A stretch of DNA of 61,183 bases, the filler included, from Rhabdomonas costata (taxonomy: Eukaryota): NCBI GenBank assembly GCA_019059605.1. It is 16 parts of 16 records of this genome, joined end to end, with 100 filler letters (N's around TTAATTAATTAA, not from the genome) between each part and the next. Parts side by side here need not be neighbours in the genome. Positions count along the whole stretch, not along the records: positions 23,106 to 26,829 come from JAHMHO010000574.1; positions 26,930 to 30,653 come from JAHMHO010000575.1; positions 30,754 to 34,479 come from JAHMHO010000576.1; positions 34,580 to 38,302 come from JAHMHO010000577.1; positions 38,403 to 42,118 come from JAHMHO010000578.1; 11 more parts are not named here. One strand, written 5' to 3'. The number at the start of each line of letters is the position of its first letter. The stretch's first letter is position 1. The notes under the pieces were generated by a model. The model was not told where the DNA came from, did no database searches, and was given only the letters and a program-made list of their open reading frames with translations. Below, one piece after another: positions 26,736 to 38,622 of the stretch. The position numbers were made by a program, and so were the translations under genes.

Positions 26736-26824
26736 GTTTGGTTTCTAAATTCTAACTTTTCAAATGAAGCGGGCCATACTTGAGGATGTGCTTCATTTGA
26801 AAAGTTAGAATTTAGAAACCAAAC
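26736..26824. repeat. Perfect 35-bp inverted repeat with 19-nt loop at contig end
   Basis: gtttggtttctaaattctaacttttcaaatgaagc (26736-26770) and its exact reverse complement (26790-26824). Confidence 0.9.
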
Positions 26825-27524
26825 CCAACNNNNNNNNNNNNNNNNNNNNNNNNNNNNNNNNNNNNNNNNNNNNTTAATTAATTAANNNNNNNNNNNNNNN
26901 NNNNNNNNNNNNNNNNNNNNNNNNNNNNNCTGGCGGGGGCGCCAGTGGCGTCAGCGGGGAGATCCATAGGCGGTCGTTCGGGTCGCTGAACAACCGCAAA
27001 CAGAGCTTCATTTCCATTCTCCCCTCGTCTCAGGGAGCCACTGAGGCGGATCGAAGTGTGCCCCGTTTCACACAATGCTTCTACCCAGTCCCAGGATGGG
27101 TTCTCTTGCGTGGTTGGTTGTTCGGGACATCTTTGGGTCTCCCATTTTTGCAGGCTGGTTCTTCTGTGCCTGCAAGGTTTTGCGGATTGAGCGGGGCGAG
27201 CACCTTTCCCCGCGGGAGACAATGTCCAATTATGACTTCCTGCATTATGAAGAGGTCCTAGGGTAAAATTTTTCTCCCGATTATAGACAGTCCGTGGATG
27301 TGCTCTCTTCATCCTGGCACGCCCTGACTTGCAACACCAATTACCTTCTTGGCTGAAAAGCCTTAAACGCTACTGAGGCAAAAACTATGAGCTGAGTATT
27401 CGTAACAATATTCATATAAACCTTCTCTTCGACAGTTCTAAGGAATTAGCTGCAAAATTCTCTGTATGTGTTTTGAGCATGCGGCATCCTCTTCTTTTTT
27501 TCCATTCTCTTGCGCATCACACAG

Positions 27525-29607
27525 ATGAGTTCTCCAAAAGTCCTGGATCACTCCGGCGCAAAGGCTCTCTCACTGCGATTCGGTTCGCTTCGCTCCGCAC
27601 CCCCCGTGCCTTGGCCTCTGCCGCAGTCCTAGGGCGGTGGCTGGCCCCCAAAGTACTCTCTGTGGTGGCTGTGGAATGGCCCGGGTTCGCAGAGTTCTGC
27701 CGCCGCACCTCGGACACCCCAGAGATAATCCTGCAGCTGCACAGCGAGTATATCCATGCGCTGACGGGGCTGGCGGGGCAATGCAAGGGGCTGCTCAGTC
27801 GGTTCAACGGCGACGCTGTAGTGTTGACGTGGAACGGGGCGACGCCGGCGTACAACCACGCCACGCTGGCATCCACGGTTGGTCATCTGCCACCACTGCT
27901 TTCACTCTATCTGACTCCCTACATTTTTACATGGGATGCGAAGGTGAATGATCCCCAAATCGGCCGCTTGATGCTTCGATCCTGGCTTTTCGGATCGATC
28001 AACTTTTTGCGTCTTGCTTCCCAGGCCGCACTGTCTATGGCGGAGGTCATCTCCGGTATTGGCGTGAATTACGATGGCGAGCTGAAAGCGGTGCACGTCG
28101 GGGTGGCGTGTCGGCCCACCCTGGCTGGGAACATGGGCTGCGAGACCAAGGTAGGGTTCTGCGAGCTTGGCGGGGTGAGCGAGCTGGCGCAGGCCCTGTG
28201 CGGACTAAACCGCAAGCTGGGCACCGCAGTTCTGGCGTGCGATGGGGTGCAACGGGAGGTCGCTCACAGCGTGACTATGCAGTGGGTGGAGCTTATGGAG
28301 CTGAGTCTGGCGACGCGACCCACTCTTGTGAACGTCTACGAGCTGAAGGTTTGTGGGTTTGTGCGTGTGTCTTTGCATGCTGCTTACGGCATCCCAGAGT
28401 CCCTGCGGAGATAACGTTGTACTTGGCGTGAATGAGGTTTGTGGGTATAACTCCTGCCAAAAGTAGAGTTTTCGCTCACGCCTTGCTACCATACGCTGCC
28501 GGACAGTAATCCGGAGTATCTCTCTCTCCGCATGGTTTCGCGGCAGTGTACTCTAGTACACCGTTCTTCGGGTTTGTGCGAGTAACGTGGCATTTCTTGT
28601 TGACCCTGCCTGCTCGCATTTACGTCTTTTTCTTCGCTCTTTTCTGTGAAGGTCGGTCTCTCTTCGCTCTCAGAGCCTCATTCGAAACCAGGGATCGGCC
28701 CAGGCTTCGCAGAACGAGGTGTTTGGGCCGCTGCCTCTCTCTCCCGTTCACTCGTGACGCTCTTGGGCAGCCTGTGAGAACTTGTGAGCCCTATTTGGGG
28801 CGAAGCACGCATATTTTACGCTCATTTTAGCCTCTCCATGACGTTTCACTTTTCCCTGCGCTTCTTGCAACATTCTTTTTCAAAATACTCCTGACGAGTC
28901 TGGACATCTCCAGGACTCACTCCCGTTGCACCGACATGGGTTTCCACCCATAATATACGCCGAACAACAGTTCGATGTTCGCCACGGCCACCCTGACACA
29001 TATCGCCAAAAGCGAATGACAAAAACGCAAGCACCGGAAGCATCCTGCCACGTAGTTTACATTGTGAGATGTTTTCTTCACCTCATACCACAATCTGGCC
29101 AGGGGATGATTCATGGCCTTTCCATTGTTGATTTCTCTCGCGTCTTTCAAGGAGTGGATGTACGCCATTGCTGCCGTAGCGGCCGTGGATCCATACCGCG
29201 ACCACAACGCAGCCGCACTGCAGTACCGCGACGCACAATTCGAGCCCTGTGCGACGAAGCTGCGGCAAGTGCTGTCCCGGCACGCCGCCTGCTCATCTTC
29301 CTCCTCTTCCTCCTCCGCTCCTGGGCCCTCGCCCCTCTCTGAGCAAGAGCTTCGGCACACGCGGCGTCTGTTACAGCGCGTGGAGGCGCTGGTGCGGCCG
29401 CACTCCGGGGGCAGCTCTGTTTCCGGGGAGGGGGCAGCGGTGCCCCGTCTAGTGCTGTCGTGGCGGCTTGAGCCTGAAGTGGCTGGACAGCAGAGGGATG
29501 GCACGGAGAGGGACAGCTACCTGGTGACCGAAATTTTGGAAGAGGCTTCCGTGCATGAGAAGCCATCCTTTCCAAGATCTGCTTCGGGGTCGGGTGGGCA
29601 CCGCTGA
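27525..29607 (+). CDS. Class III nucleotidyl-cyclase-like protein (degenerate), 3' part; exons 27525-27877, 28025-28348, 28674-28718, 29152-29607
   Basis: SVVAVEWPGFAEF...SRFNGDAVVLTWN...VHVGVACRPTLAGNMGCE...LGGVSELAQALCGLNRKLGTAVL...VYEL, then NE|EWMY. All joins are GT-AG and phase 0. Confidence 0.75.
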
Positions 29608-30753
29608 CGCTGACGGGTTCCCGGTGGTCTTACTTACCCGTGATGCAGTGTTGCGCAGAGCGGAGTTTCATTTGCCAGTGGAGTATTTGTATTATTGTTT
29701 TGCTCACAGACCCGTCTTTCCCCTGTTCGTAAGTGTGGTTTAATGGGCGTTTGCGTTTGCGTTCCGTCCGAATGTTCCAGATCGTCACAGAGGAGCTCCT
29801 GCGATTCGCATCATTGCCAATTGGCCCGACATTAGTGATTGCGAATGGAATTTTATGTGTTTCGTACCCCTACCCGCGCCTTGGCGTTCCATTCCGGGAT
29901 ATGTTGGTGAGTAACTCCAATACTGCAAGAAGGGGGTCGAGGGGAGTGATGCCATGTGCTGAGGTGAGGGGGCGTGAATAGGGAAAGCCTTCGAGCCTCT
30001 ATCTGTGTGAATGCAACACAACAGCAGCAGGTCTGTCTCAGGCTGTACGTCTCTCTCTGGATTCCGCTCGTGTGCCCTGCAGCTTCAGGCCACACCATGT
30101 TTTTTCTTCGGGTCTTCGGGTTTTGTGGGTTTCCCTGAGCGTGTTTGCTTGGACTGCGCTGGACTTCTGTTGTCCGAGTCGGTCCTGCACTTAGCATGCC
30201 TCATCATCATCATTAGCTTAGCACCTGTTTTCCCTCGTGTGACTCACCCAGGCTTTCCCACTTGCCGGCTTCTTAGGCGCCGAGCTTCCTTGTCTCTTTC
30301 CACAGCTGCAACCCTTCGGGTGGCTGGAGCGGTGAGCACTCGCTTCCGCTTTCGCCTCTCATTTTTTTTCACTGCCTAGGTTGTCTACGTGCCTCTTTTG
30401 GAACGGCGCTGGGCAGGGTTGCCACTGGCGGTGCAGCAGATCAGGAGATTCTGTCTTGCCACCCTCTTTCGGTCTCCAAGTGCATACCCTCAGTGTTTTA
30501 CTTCCTGACAGTACTACTTGTTGGTTTTGGCGGTGGCTGGACAGGATCCCTTTGCGGCTGGTAATTCAGTTGTTGTTTTGAGCTGCCGGTATCTGGAGGA
30601 GGTTCTCATCAAATTCATACGCATGTCACTAGCTCCAGTCTCCCCGGTGTTGANNNNNNNNNNNNNNNNNNNNNNNNNNNNNNNNNNNNNNNNNNNNTTA
30701 ATTAATTAANNNNNNNNNNNNNNNNNNNNNNNNNNNNNNNNNNNNNNNNNNNN

Positions 30754-33700
30754 TGCCCGGGGTTGGCTCAAAGCAAAGCGACGACGCCGTACGCAACGAA
30801 GTGGTACTTTTTGCTGCCAATCTATTGGATCCTTTTTTTCTCATGTAAAAGCTTTATTTTTGAAATGCCCTATCACGAAGTAAAAGAGTTTCAATAATTT
30901 TAGATCTTTTCTCCGTCACTGGCATACACGGCATCCGCCGCAGCCCGACCAGCGGACAACTGCTGATCCATTCGATGTACCCAGAATCATACCACACCCA
31001 AAATGTAACAAATGATGATTTCCCCGCTCGGGCCTATCAGCACCTACGTTACCGTTTGCAGGCTGTTTATGCGTTTATATAATGTTTAGAAACTGAAGCC
31101 ATACGGAAGTCGGTCCCCCACCACCACGTATGTTTGTACGAGTTGATTGGTTCGGGCTCCGTTGGAAACGTTCCATTTTTATCATCAATCGTGTCTGTCT
31201 TGATTAAATACTATATATAAGCGCAAAATATCTGCAAAAAATCGGATTCGGTCCACTGGTGTGCGGAGAGGCTTGACGGGACTAGTATCGGCGCCAGAAA
31301 TTTCCACCCGTCAATTCTCTTATTTCATTTCTTGCTTTGCGCTTCGCGGATTAGGTCTTTGCAAGAAAACACTATTCTGCCAACTAGGCGCGAAGCTCGA
31401 TTGCTAGAGTTGATTTCTCTTGTTCTTTGCGGAGCTTTTGGTGCTTTATAGTGACGCATAGGCAAATGTGTTGCTCGCAATCAATCCGAAGCGCACTTAG
31501 ATGAGAAGAATACTGAGGAACACGAAATATGATGTCATATGGAAAATGTGGACATAAACGTAAGCAACCTTTCATTTGTATTAGCAAATTAGACATCACA
31601 ACATCTTAGCTGTGGTCGACACATCATATTTCCAGAGCCGTTTCCCCCTCTTATCGTTTAATAGAATTCAAAGATTTCCAGAAGCATTACATGAGTTTAT
31701 CTTCTTCCAACGGTATGAATAAACTACTTACTTACTTGCCTTGAAATGTGATGGAAAATGTAGCAAAATTGTTTTGACTGGCTTGCAATCAAATAAGATG
31801 AATGAAAGCAGCGCACGAAATTAAGTGCGCCGAACGTTTTATTGTAACACCTGTGAGTTTTGTTTTACAACCACCATCCTGTGTCATATGTGAGCATCCA
31901 GCATCTGGGTTTCGAACAGATGGTTCCGCATAAAACGAATCCAAGTCATGCTAGTGGCCTCAAATGCATTTATTTAAAAGCAATTATGCACCACCTCCAC
32001 AGATTCAGAAAAATGACTGCGACACAATCACAAAGATGACACTCAAAGATGAGTAATTGTAATTTCCTTAAATAATTTTAAATAGAAAGCGAGCAGTAAG
32101 AGTGGAATTTTCATGTTCTCAGAGTTTCAAAGCCCCACCACGTTACTGGGCTATATTTGCACCATTCACTTTATATTTCAAAGCAGCATCCACATCGTGG
32201 CACGCAAAAAATGCGGCGAAGGACGTTTTTAGATGGTTTGCTTTTTGAATCTTTCCTTAAGACGCTAGACTATGTATCACTGATTTAAATCAATCAAAGA
32301 AATCTGTTTTTGCATCGAAATTAAGTCTCACTTCATTCAAACGTAACATTGACACTTACAAAAAGGGAATCTTGCAACAGCGTGGCGCGGAGACCTGTAT
32401 GAATAAATTTAAGGACGTTGAATGGAATAAATAGGGCATGAAGAAATGGAGTTGCATACAATGGACGCTTGACACAAAAGCGACTGCAATTCCCTTTTCT
32501 GCCCTCTTTCGGTCAGCTGCGTCTTTTCTAAGGAAAAAACGATTTCGATTTCGACGATGGGGATCCTTATTCGGAAAGGTTTTGTAAAAATTGTTTTGCC
32601 AAAGTATGGGGAAACATACGAGTGTAATCATTATCATTGGTCTTGGTTTTGCTTTGGCTCTTTCATTTTTTAATTTGCTTTGCGGCGGCGGCGTACATGG
32701 CTGGGCAGATTAATCTATACAGAGTGGGCATTTTGTTGCAGAAACGTTGCTCTCCTGCATATTTGGAGTTTGACCTCGCGCTTGCGTTATTAAAATTGTT
32801 TTTAAAAGTTTCGTTCCTATGGCATATGGTCTTCTCGTATTTTTGTGTTTGGTTTGCAACGTATTTAATCTGCTCCCGGGCTTCCTTCCTGAGCTTCCCA
32901 TTTTCTTCTTAGGGTGGCTGCGGCCAACGCGTGGCTGTTCTGATAGGTATATTCCGCCCAAACAAACTATGGATTGTTTGATGATTTGGTGCTGGGTTCC
33001 GGCTCAAATAAAAGAATACCAACCGTTATATTTTCTTAATCCGGTTTCCAGACACACACACCCGCTGCACACCCATGACAAGAGAGAAAATACCAAATCT
33101 CCTTTACACCAGTTTTCCATAAGCCCAAGGCAATAATAAAGAAGGAAAGAATGTACACAACCAGGTGCACCAAACAGATTCAGCAACGGCAAGGCGAGCA
33201 AAAACAAAGCAAACAAGCAAACAAGCACCAATGACAGTGCAATTTCATACATTCTTCGCATCATATTTGTTTCTTGGTGTCTTTTTATTCCATAATCTGC
33301 TTCTGTGTGTTGTTCGCTTCAGGATCATTGGATTCACCGTCAGAATATTACTTGTAATTACTTCATCAAAACACTGGTAGGGACTAAGGAAACGGCCCTT
33401 GTGTCCTACGATTTTGCCTGCCGGCTTCCCTGGAGTACGGTAATCTGCCACGGGACTTGCCCAATAAGACAAACATCGGGCGCTCTTATGTTCTGACGTT
33501 ACCAACATCAACGGGGGGCAACTGGCACACCCATGGCCTGAACTATGCCCCGTTTGCACCAGGAATGAGCAGTACGCATTCCCTAAAACGGAACGCAAAA
33601 AACATGGCAACGCCTACTATTCTTCTTTGCCGTGTTGCCCCTGATAAATTAGCAGCGTTCCAAGCGACCTGTGATATTTAGCACTTGGTTTTGTTTGCCT

Positions 33701-34479
33701 GCGGAATGGGTGCCTGCCGCTGATTTGAACCCTTCGCCCCACGCGGCGACCGGCGCGGCCTTTGAAAACTTAGTAAAAGAAAGGGGTTCAATTTCAAGGG
33801 TGCTTTCGGCGTTGGGATTTTGCGGGGAATGATTGTGGACTACCCGGCTGTTAGCCATCAATGCGCTTCCGTCAAGTCGGTTGTTCACCGCGCGCCAACG
33901 CGGTATGTATGTTCTGGGCTCTCGGGTCCATTTTCACAACAATTCTGGCCCCGGATGTTGCTACCGCCGTTGTTTTTACTATATGATTGGAGCTGGCGGT
34001 TGTGTTTGGCCTGGATCCAGCCAAAACGGGCCGCGTCCGCCGCCCGGAGCTCCCACGGCGAATGGCAGTTGAAACCTTGTGTCCAATTTTCAGGGTTTAC
34101 GTTTATCTTCTGAAACGTTTTGCGTTTCTAAAAGATGATGGCGGTATACTGGTGCAAATAGGGTCCTTATTTTAAACAATTTCTTGGTTGCGGGTCCGAT
34201 GGTCATTAACATGCCGCGCCGCAATAAAGTAAACTAACGTTCCAAATGGGGCATTGATGGCCTTTGGTTATGGTTTCCCGATGTTTGCCGTGTTTGGGTT
34301 TGACGTGCTGCAACGTTTACATTGTATGTGCCATCCTTTGTCAATTACCTTCTGCCCGGGGTTGGCTCAAAGCAAAGCGACGACGCCGTACGCAACGAAG
34401 TGGTACTTTTTGCTGCCAATCTATTGGATCCTTTTTTTCTCATGTAAAAGCTTTATTTTTGAAATGCCCTATCACGAAG
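30754..34479. other. Contig with an identical 127-bp terminal direct repeat (30754-30880 = 34353-34479): a 3,599-bp circle or collapsed tandem unit
   Basis: Exact end-to-end overlap. No G/T primer-like ends, visibly more AT-rich than the other contigs, and only short ORFs. Confidence 0.85.
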
Positions 34480-34964
34480 NNNNNNNNNNNNNNNNNNNNN
34501 NNNNNNNNNNNNNNNNNNNNNNNTTAATTAATTAANNNNNNNNNNNNNNNNNNNNNNNNNNNNNNNNNNNNNNNNNNNNGGGGGGTTTTATTAAAGGATG
34601 AAGAGCATTGTCCTTTTTAAGGTCCAGAGTTGGCAGTCCTTGATCAATTTTTCGAAGATCCAAATTTGGATTCACAGAAAAAATTGGATCGGATTTACAG
34701 AAAAAATTGAATCATTATTAATACCTTTACTGTACCTGGTAGCTCGGCTCCATAAAACTTCACTTAACTCCATTTAGCGCCGTTTCGGCTTGAAGCCGAC
34801 ACTGCTAAATGGGGGCGATATCGGTTAGTGGTTCATTCCCTGCGCAATGGCAAAGATTGAACCATAAACACCTGCCCTCACGTTCCCCCTTTTTTTTTCA
34901 AACGCTTAGCGGCTGTCGCAGAGGTACAGTGCCAGCACGCCACCACCGCTCCGTCTGCATAAAC

Positions 34965-35555
34965 CTGGTAGGCCCCCTCGGGATTAATCCTGGCTGACAT
35001 CCCAGTGAGGCACCAGAAGGCGCCCAAATCGTACCCCGGCAGGTGGCGGTCTGGCCCGGTGGCGCCCCACGCGGAGAGTGAGGCGTACACCAGGGATGGG
35101 AACTTCGCATGCAGCTGCCACACAGATTGCGCAGGAAAGGAGATAAAGATAAAAGATAAAGATAATTCTCAGGTATGCAACAGACACAAAATGCATACTT
35201 AACCAACCGAAGCGCCGGGAAATTCGAACTTCTTCCTCACCACTTACAATGACCTCTGCCTATGAAGACAGCTGCCTGAATGCATTCAGACATGTCAGTA
35301 AAACTGATAACACAGAGACACCCCCAAAGTCACAATTACCGCGTCGTAGTCGAGGCCCAGACGCTTCAAACCCTCCACGCGGACGTTCGTGACGAAGACA
35401 TCGGCGGTGGACAGCAGCCTCAAAAGCTGTTGCAAGCCCTCGGGTGTCTTCAGGTCCAGGACAACGCTGCGCTTCCCCAGGTTCACGGCGTCGAAGGCTG
35501 CGCTGAAGTCTCGCTGGGGCTCAAACTCAAGGAAAAATTTCCGCCAGTAATCCCC
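34965..35555 (-). CDS. CoA-transferase family III (CaiB/BaiF), internal exons 35340-35555 and 34965-35114
   Basis: GDYWRK...FDAVNLGKRSVVLDLKTPEG...ADVFVTNVRVEGLKRLGLDYDA|LHAKFPSLVYASLSAWGATGPDRHLPGYD; GT-AG, phase 0. Confidence 0.85.
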
Positions 35556-35970
35556 CTGCAAAAGATAAAAGTGCAGATGCGCTTTCACCGCTCTGGCCAA
35601 GAAAGGAGCATTTTCGCCCCTGACCCGGGGATCCTGACGCGAGGCCCCCAGGGCCCAGAAGCGCCCCAAGCCGGCACACGGGCACGGGCGGGCCGAGCCG
35701 GAAGCGCGGGTGGGATGATCGCCCTCCCTGGGTGACGCTCCTCGGATACTAAGGGGACGCCTCCCTACTCAACGCAAACTCTTTCATTCCACAAAAACTC
35801 CTTGAAAAATCTAAAAATGGAGGTGCAGTGGGAACCTACGATGCATATTATGTGCGAGAATGCAAGCGGAGCCAGGTCACAGGCAGTCAGACAGGGTGAG
35901 TTGGGAGAGCATTCCAGAGGGCTACTGGTCACTGGTCACTCCCCCCCTCCTTCCCTCGCCGTTAAAAAAC

Positions 35971-38241
35971 CATTTCCTGGCAGGTCCTTCCCAACAGCTC
36001 CTCCGCTGCGCGAGCCTTCTCATCCGCCGCAGCCCGAAGCGCCTGCCCCACCGCGCTGGCCTCCTGCAGCTGCGCACCCATCTCGCACAGCATGTCCTGG
36101 AGTCGAGCTCTCTCCGCCTGTTTCCAGGGTAAAAAAATGGAGGAGACTCCCGAACAGACACATCACAATCAAGGCCAACGAATATCCAGCGTCAAAGGTC
36201 CTCCACATGGAACCGCCGCACAAAAGAATGCTAAGGAAAAGATAAGGATAAAGACGGAGGCCTCAAGGTGCCGTCGATCTGATCGCTTCTTAAAGAGAAA
36301 AGAGGGAGCGCGTATTCACTCCCAACTAACCCTCTCCCCCTGCCTACCCGGTCTGTCCCCGAGCCCTCGATTTCGTTTTGTCGATTTTTTTTTGGTGTCG
36401 CGGAACCTGCAACGCGGTCCCTGCACCCTGAATAGTGAAGCGATACCCTCCTTAAACCAAAGCAAGGGAAATCAATTCCGCCGGGGTACTCACAGACTTC
36501 ATACCCAAACCCCGGCCGGAACCATTTTCGGCATTGAAAAGCTGCCATAGCCGCAATCGCGGCCATGAAAACTGTGCATAGGAGCAGTCACACTCACCTC
36601 GGAATCCTTTCTCAGAGTCTCTAGGTCGCACTGAAGCTGAGCAACCCGCACTTCAGCGGGGGTGTACGCGGGGCTCGCGTAGGCGGGGCTTCCACAGGCC
36701 TCGCCCTGCGGAGCAGACAGAGAACAGAAAGACACCCTAAAAAAACAGACAGAATTAAAATAGTATGAGTGTAAACCAAGAAAATGATAATGAATACACC
36801 ATGAGCTGCCACGTATTTTCGGAAAGCTCGCTGTGTTTACGAAGGACCCCAGGCTTGCTTCGGCCTAGCGCTCTGAATTCCAGCTTCTTGAGGAAAAAGA
36901 ACTCTGTGCGTGTGTATTGAGGTTCTGGACCGAAATCTGCTCGTTTTGCGGTGTACTCGTTTTCCGGGGGTCGGAATGTCGGACTCTACCTCTGATCTGG
37001 GGGCATGCTGACCCTGCACGGCTTTCACGCCGACTCTCCTGATGGGAAAACCAGAGTAGGGTTCGCTGTTACTCTCTTTGTTGTGTGCGTGCGAGCCTGC
37101 TAAAGGGTTCGAATCTGCCGAAGAAAACCACACGCCACGGCAACACTTACCATCTGGTCGCATCCACGCACGAAGGAGTACCACCCATCGAATCCAAAAC
37201 TACAAACGTGAAAAAATGCCAATGAGAGAGACAGCGTGGAAGATGAAGTAAGTAGTAGGAGGCGTGTGCCTCGCACACAGACATCCGGTGGCGGCGGGAG
37301 GGAGCGGAGACCGTGCGCTTCTGTGGGGTTGCGGACTCTGAGTCTCCGCGAAGGGTGGGCAGGCCGGCAACCCGTGGGGGAACCCCCGGCAGCTTGCGGA
37401 AGGGCGCTCCCGGGGAGCCCCCCTTAAGCTGCTGAAGGGCCTCCTCGTGCTGCCCTCGCAGGGCCCGGAGCTCCTCCTGCAGAAAACGATGCACGGGGAG
37501 TGTTCCGTTGTGCCTTTTCTTTTCCTTTTGTGTGTGTGGTCAAAAGCAGGCCCCGACTTTCCAGCCTGGAGTGCGTATGTGTGTGTGTGTGGAGATCACC
37601 TCTGCATCCGGAATCCTTGTGTGGTACCTCGCCCCCTCAAACCCAATGCTGAAATGTTTGCACCCACCTGATTGTGCGCTGCATTCAAGCCGCTGCTATT
37701 GACAGAAACCAACATCCCTCAATCCAAGAAAACAAAACTCATGAACACAAACACGACGGGCCTTTTTAATCGGAAGCCCAGACCACTCCCCAGGGGGAGG
37801 GACCAGCACCTTCGTTTTCTAAGCTTACAACACAGACACGCCCACACCTGAGCAATGCCAAGCGCGGTCTCCAGCTCCTGTGCTCGGCACACTGCCCTCG
37901 CCATTTCCTGTGTTCGCGCGCAAAACCGTCCTGCTGAGGAATACGGAAACACAAAAAGAAAGGTCTCCCTCCTTCCCTCTTACTTCCACTTCTGCCACAT
38001 CCATCACAGCCCACAAGAGAGAGAGAGAGCGTCAATGACAAAGACGAGTCTATCCTTTCCACCCAGTCGCGACTGTTGCGTGACGAGTGATGGAGCCACA
38101 CACCGGAGACTGGGGCTGAAGTCTGGGACTCCGAACCTGCTCCGTCGGGGGCAACGGCGCGGAAGAGTTGCTGTCGCGGGCCTTGCTCCTCGGATCCTGG
38201 CCCTGCAAAGCTGCCAGGCGCTCTCGCAGTTGGCCAACTTC
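35971..38241 (-). CDS. Coiled-coil protein exons (including 37279-37476, 36598-36705, 35971-36117), partial
   Basis: Phase-0 GT-AG exons give EVGQLRERLAALQ.., EELRALRGQHEEALQQLK.., and RVAQLQCDLETLRKDSE|AERARLQDMLCEMGAQLQEA... Confidence 0.6.
36831..36873 (+). repeat. 43-bp dispersed repeat, copy 2
   Basis: ctgtgtttacgaaggaccccaggcttgcttcggcctagcgctc. Confidence 0.75.
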
Positions 38242-38412
38242 CTGAAAATAACATAGAATTTCAAACACATCAGCGGTTATCGCTGCCGGTGTACCCACAC
38301 ACNNNNNNNNNNNNNNNNNNNNNNNNNNNNNNNNNNNNNNNNNNNNTTAATTAATTAANNNNNNNNNNNNNNNNNNNNNNNNNNNNNNNNNNNNNNNNNN
38401 NNGTTTTTGGGT

Positions 38413-38622
38413 ACAGCTTCTCATTTCAACTGCTCAGTCTGAGAAAAGGAGAGAATACCAACAAAGCGGCTCAAAAGCGATTCCCCCCTCCCTCGTCTTT
38501 TTTTGTCCGTGCGATAAATTCTGGGGCCGCAGGCCCCAGTCTCACAGTGGGAAATCGCTTTTGAGCCGCTTTGTTGGTATTCTCTCCTTTTCTCAGACTG
38601 AGCAGTTGAAATGAGAAGCTGT
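38413..38622. repeat. Perfect 70-bp inverted repeat with 70-nt spacer containing an inner 8-bp hairpin
   Basis: Arms 38413-38482 and 38553-38622 are exact reverse complements; the inner hairpin ctggggcc-gca-ggccccag is at 38521-38539. Confidence 0.92.

Noticed and set aside
31012..31096. C/D-box snoRNA candidate (ATGATGA...CTGA) in the circle
   Set aside because: No terminal stem or recognisable rRNA-complementary guide; such boxes are common by chance.
33341..33351. GAATATTAC as a CRESS-virus origin nonanucleotide
   Set aside because: No flanking stem and no Rep motifs anywhere in the circle.
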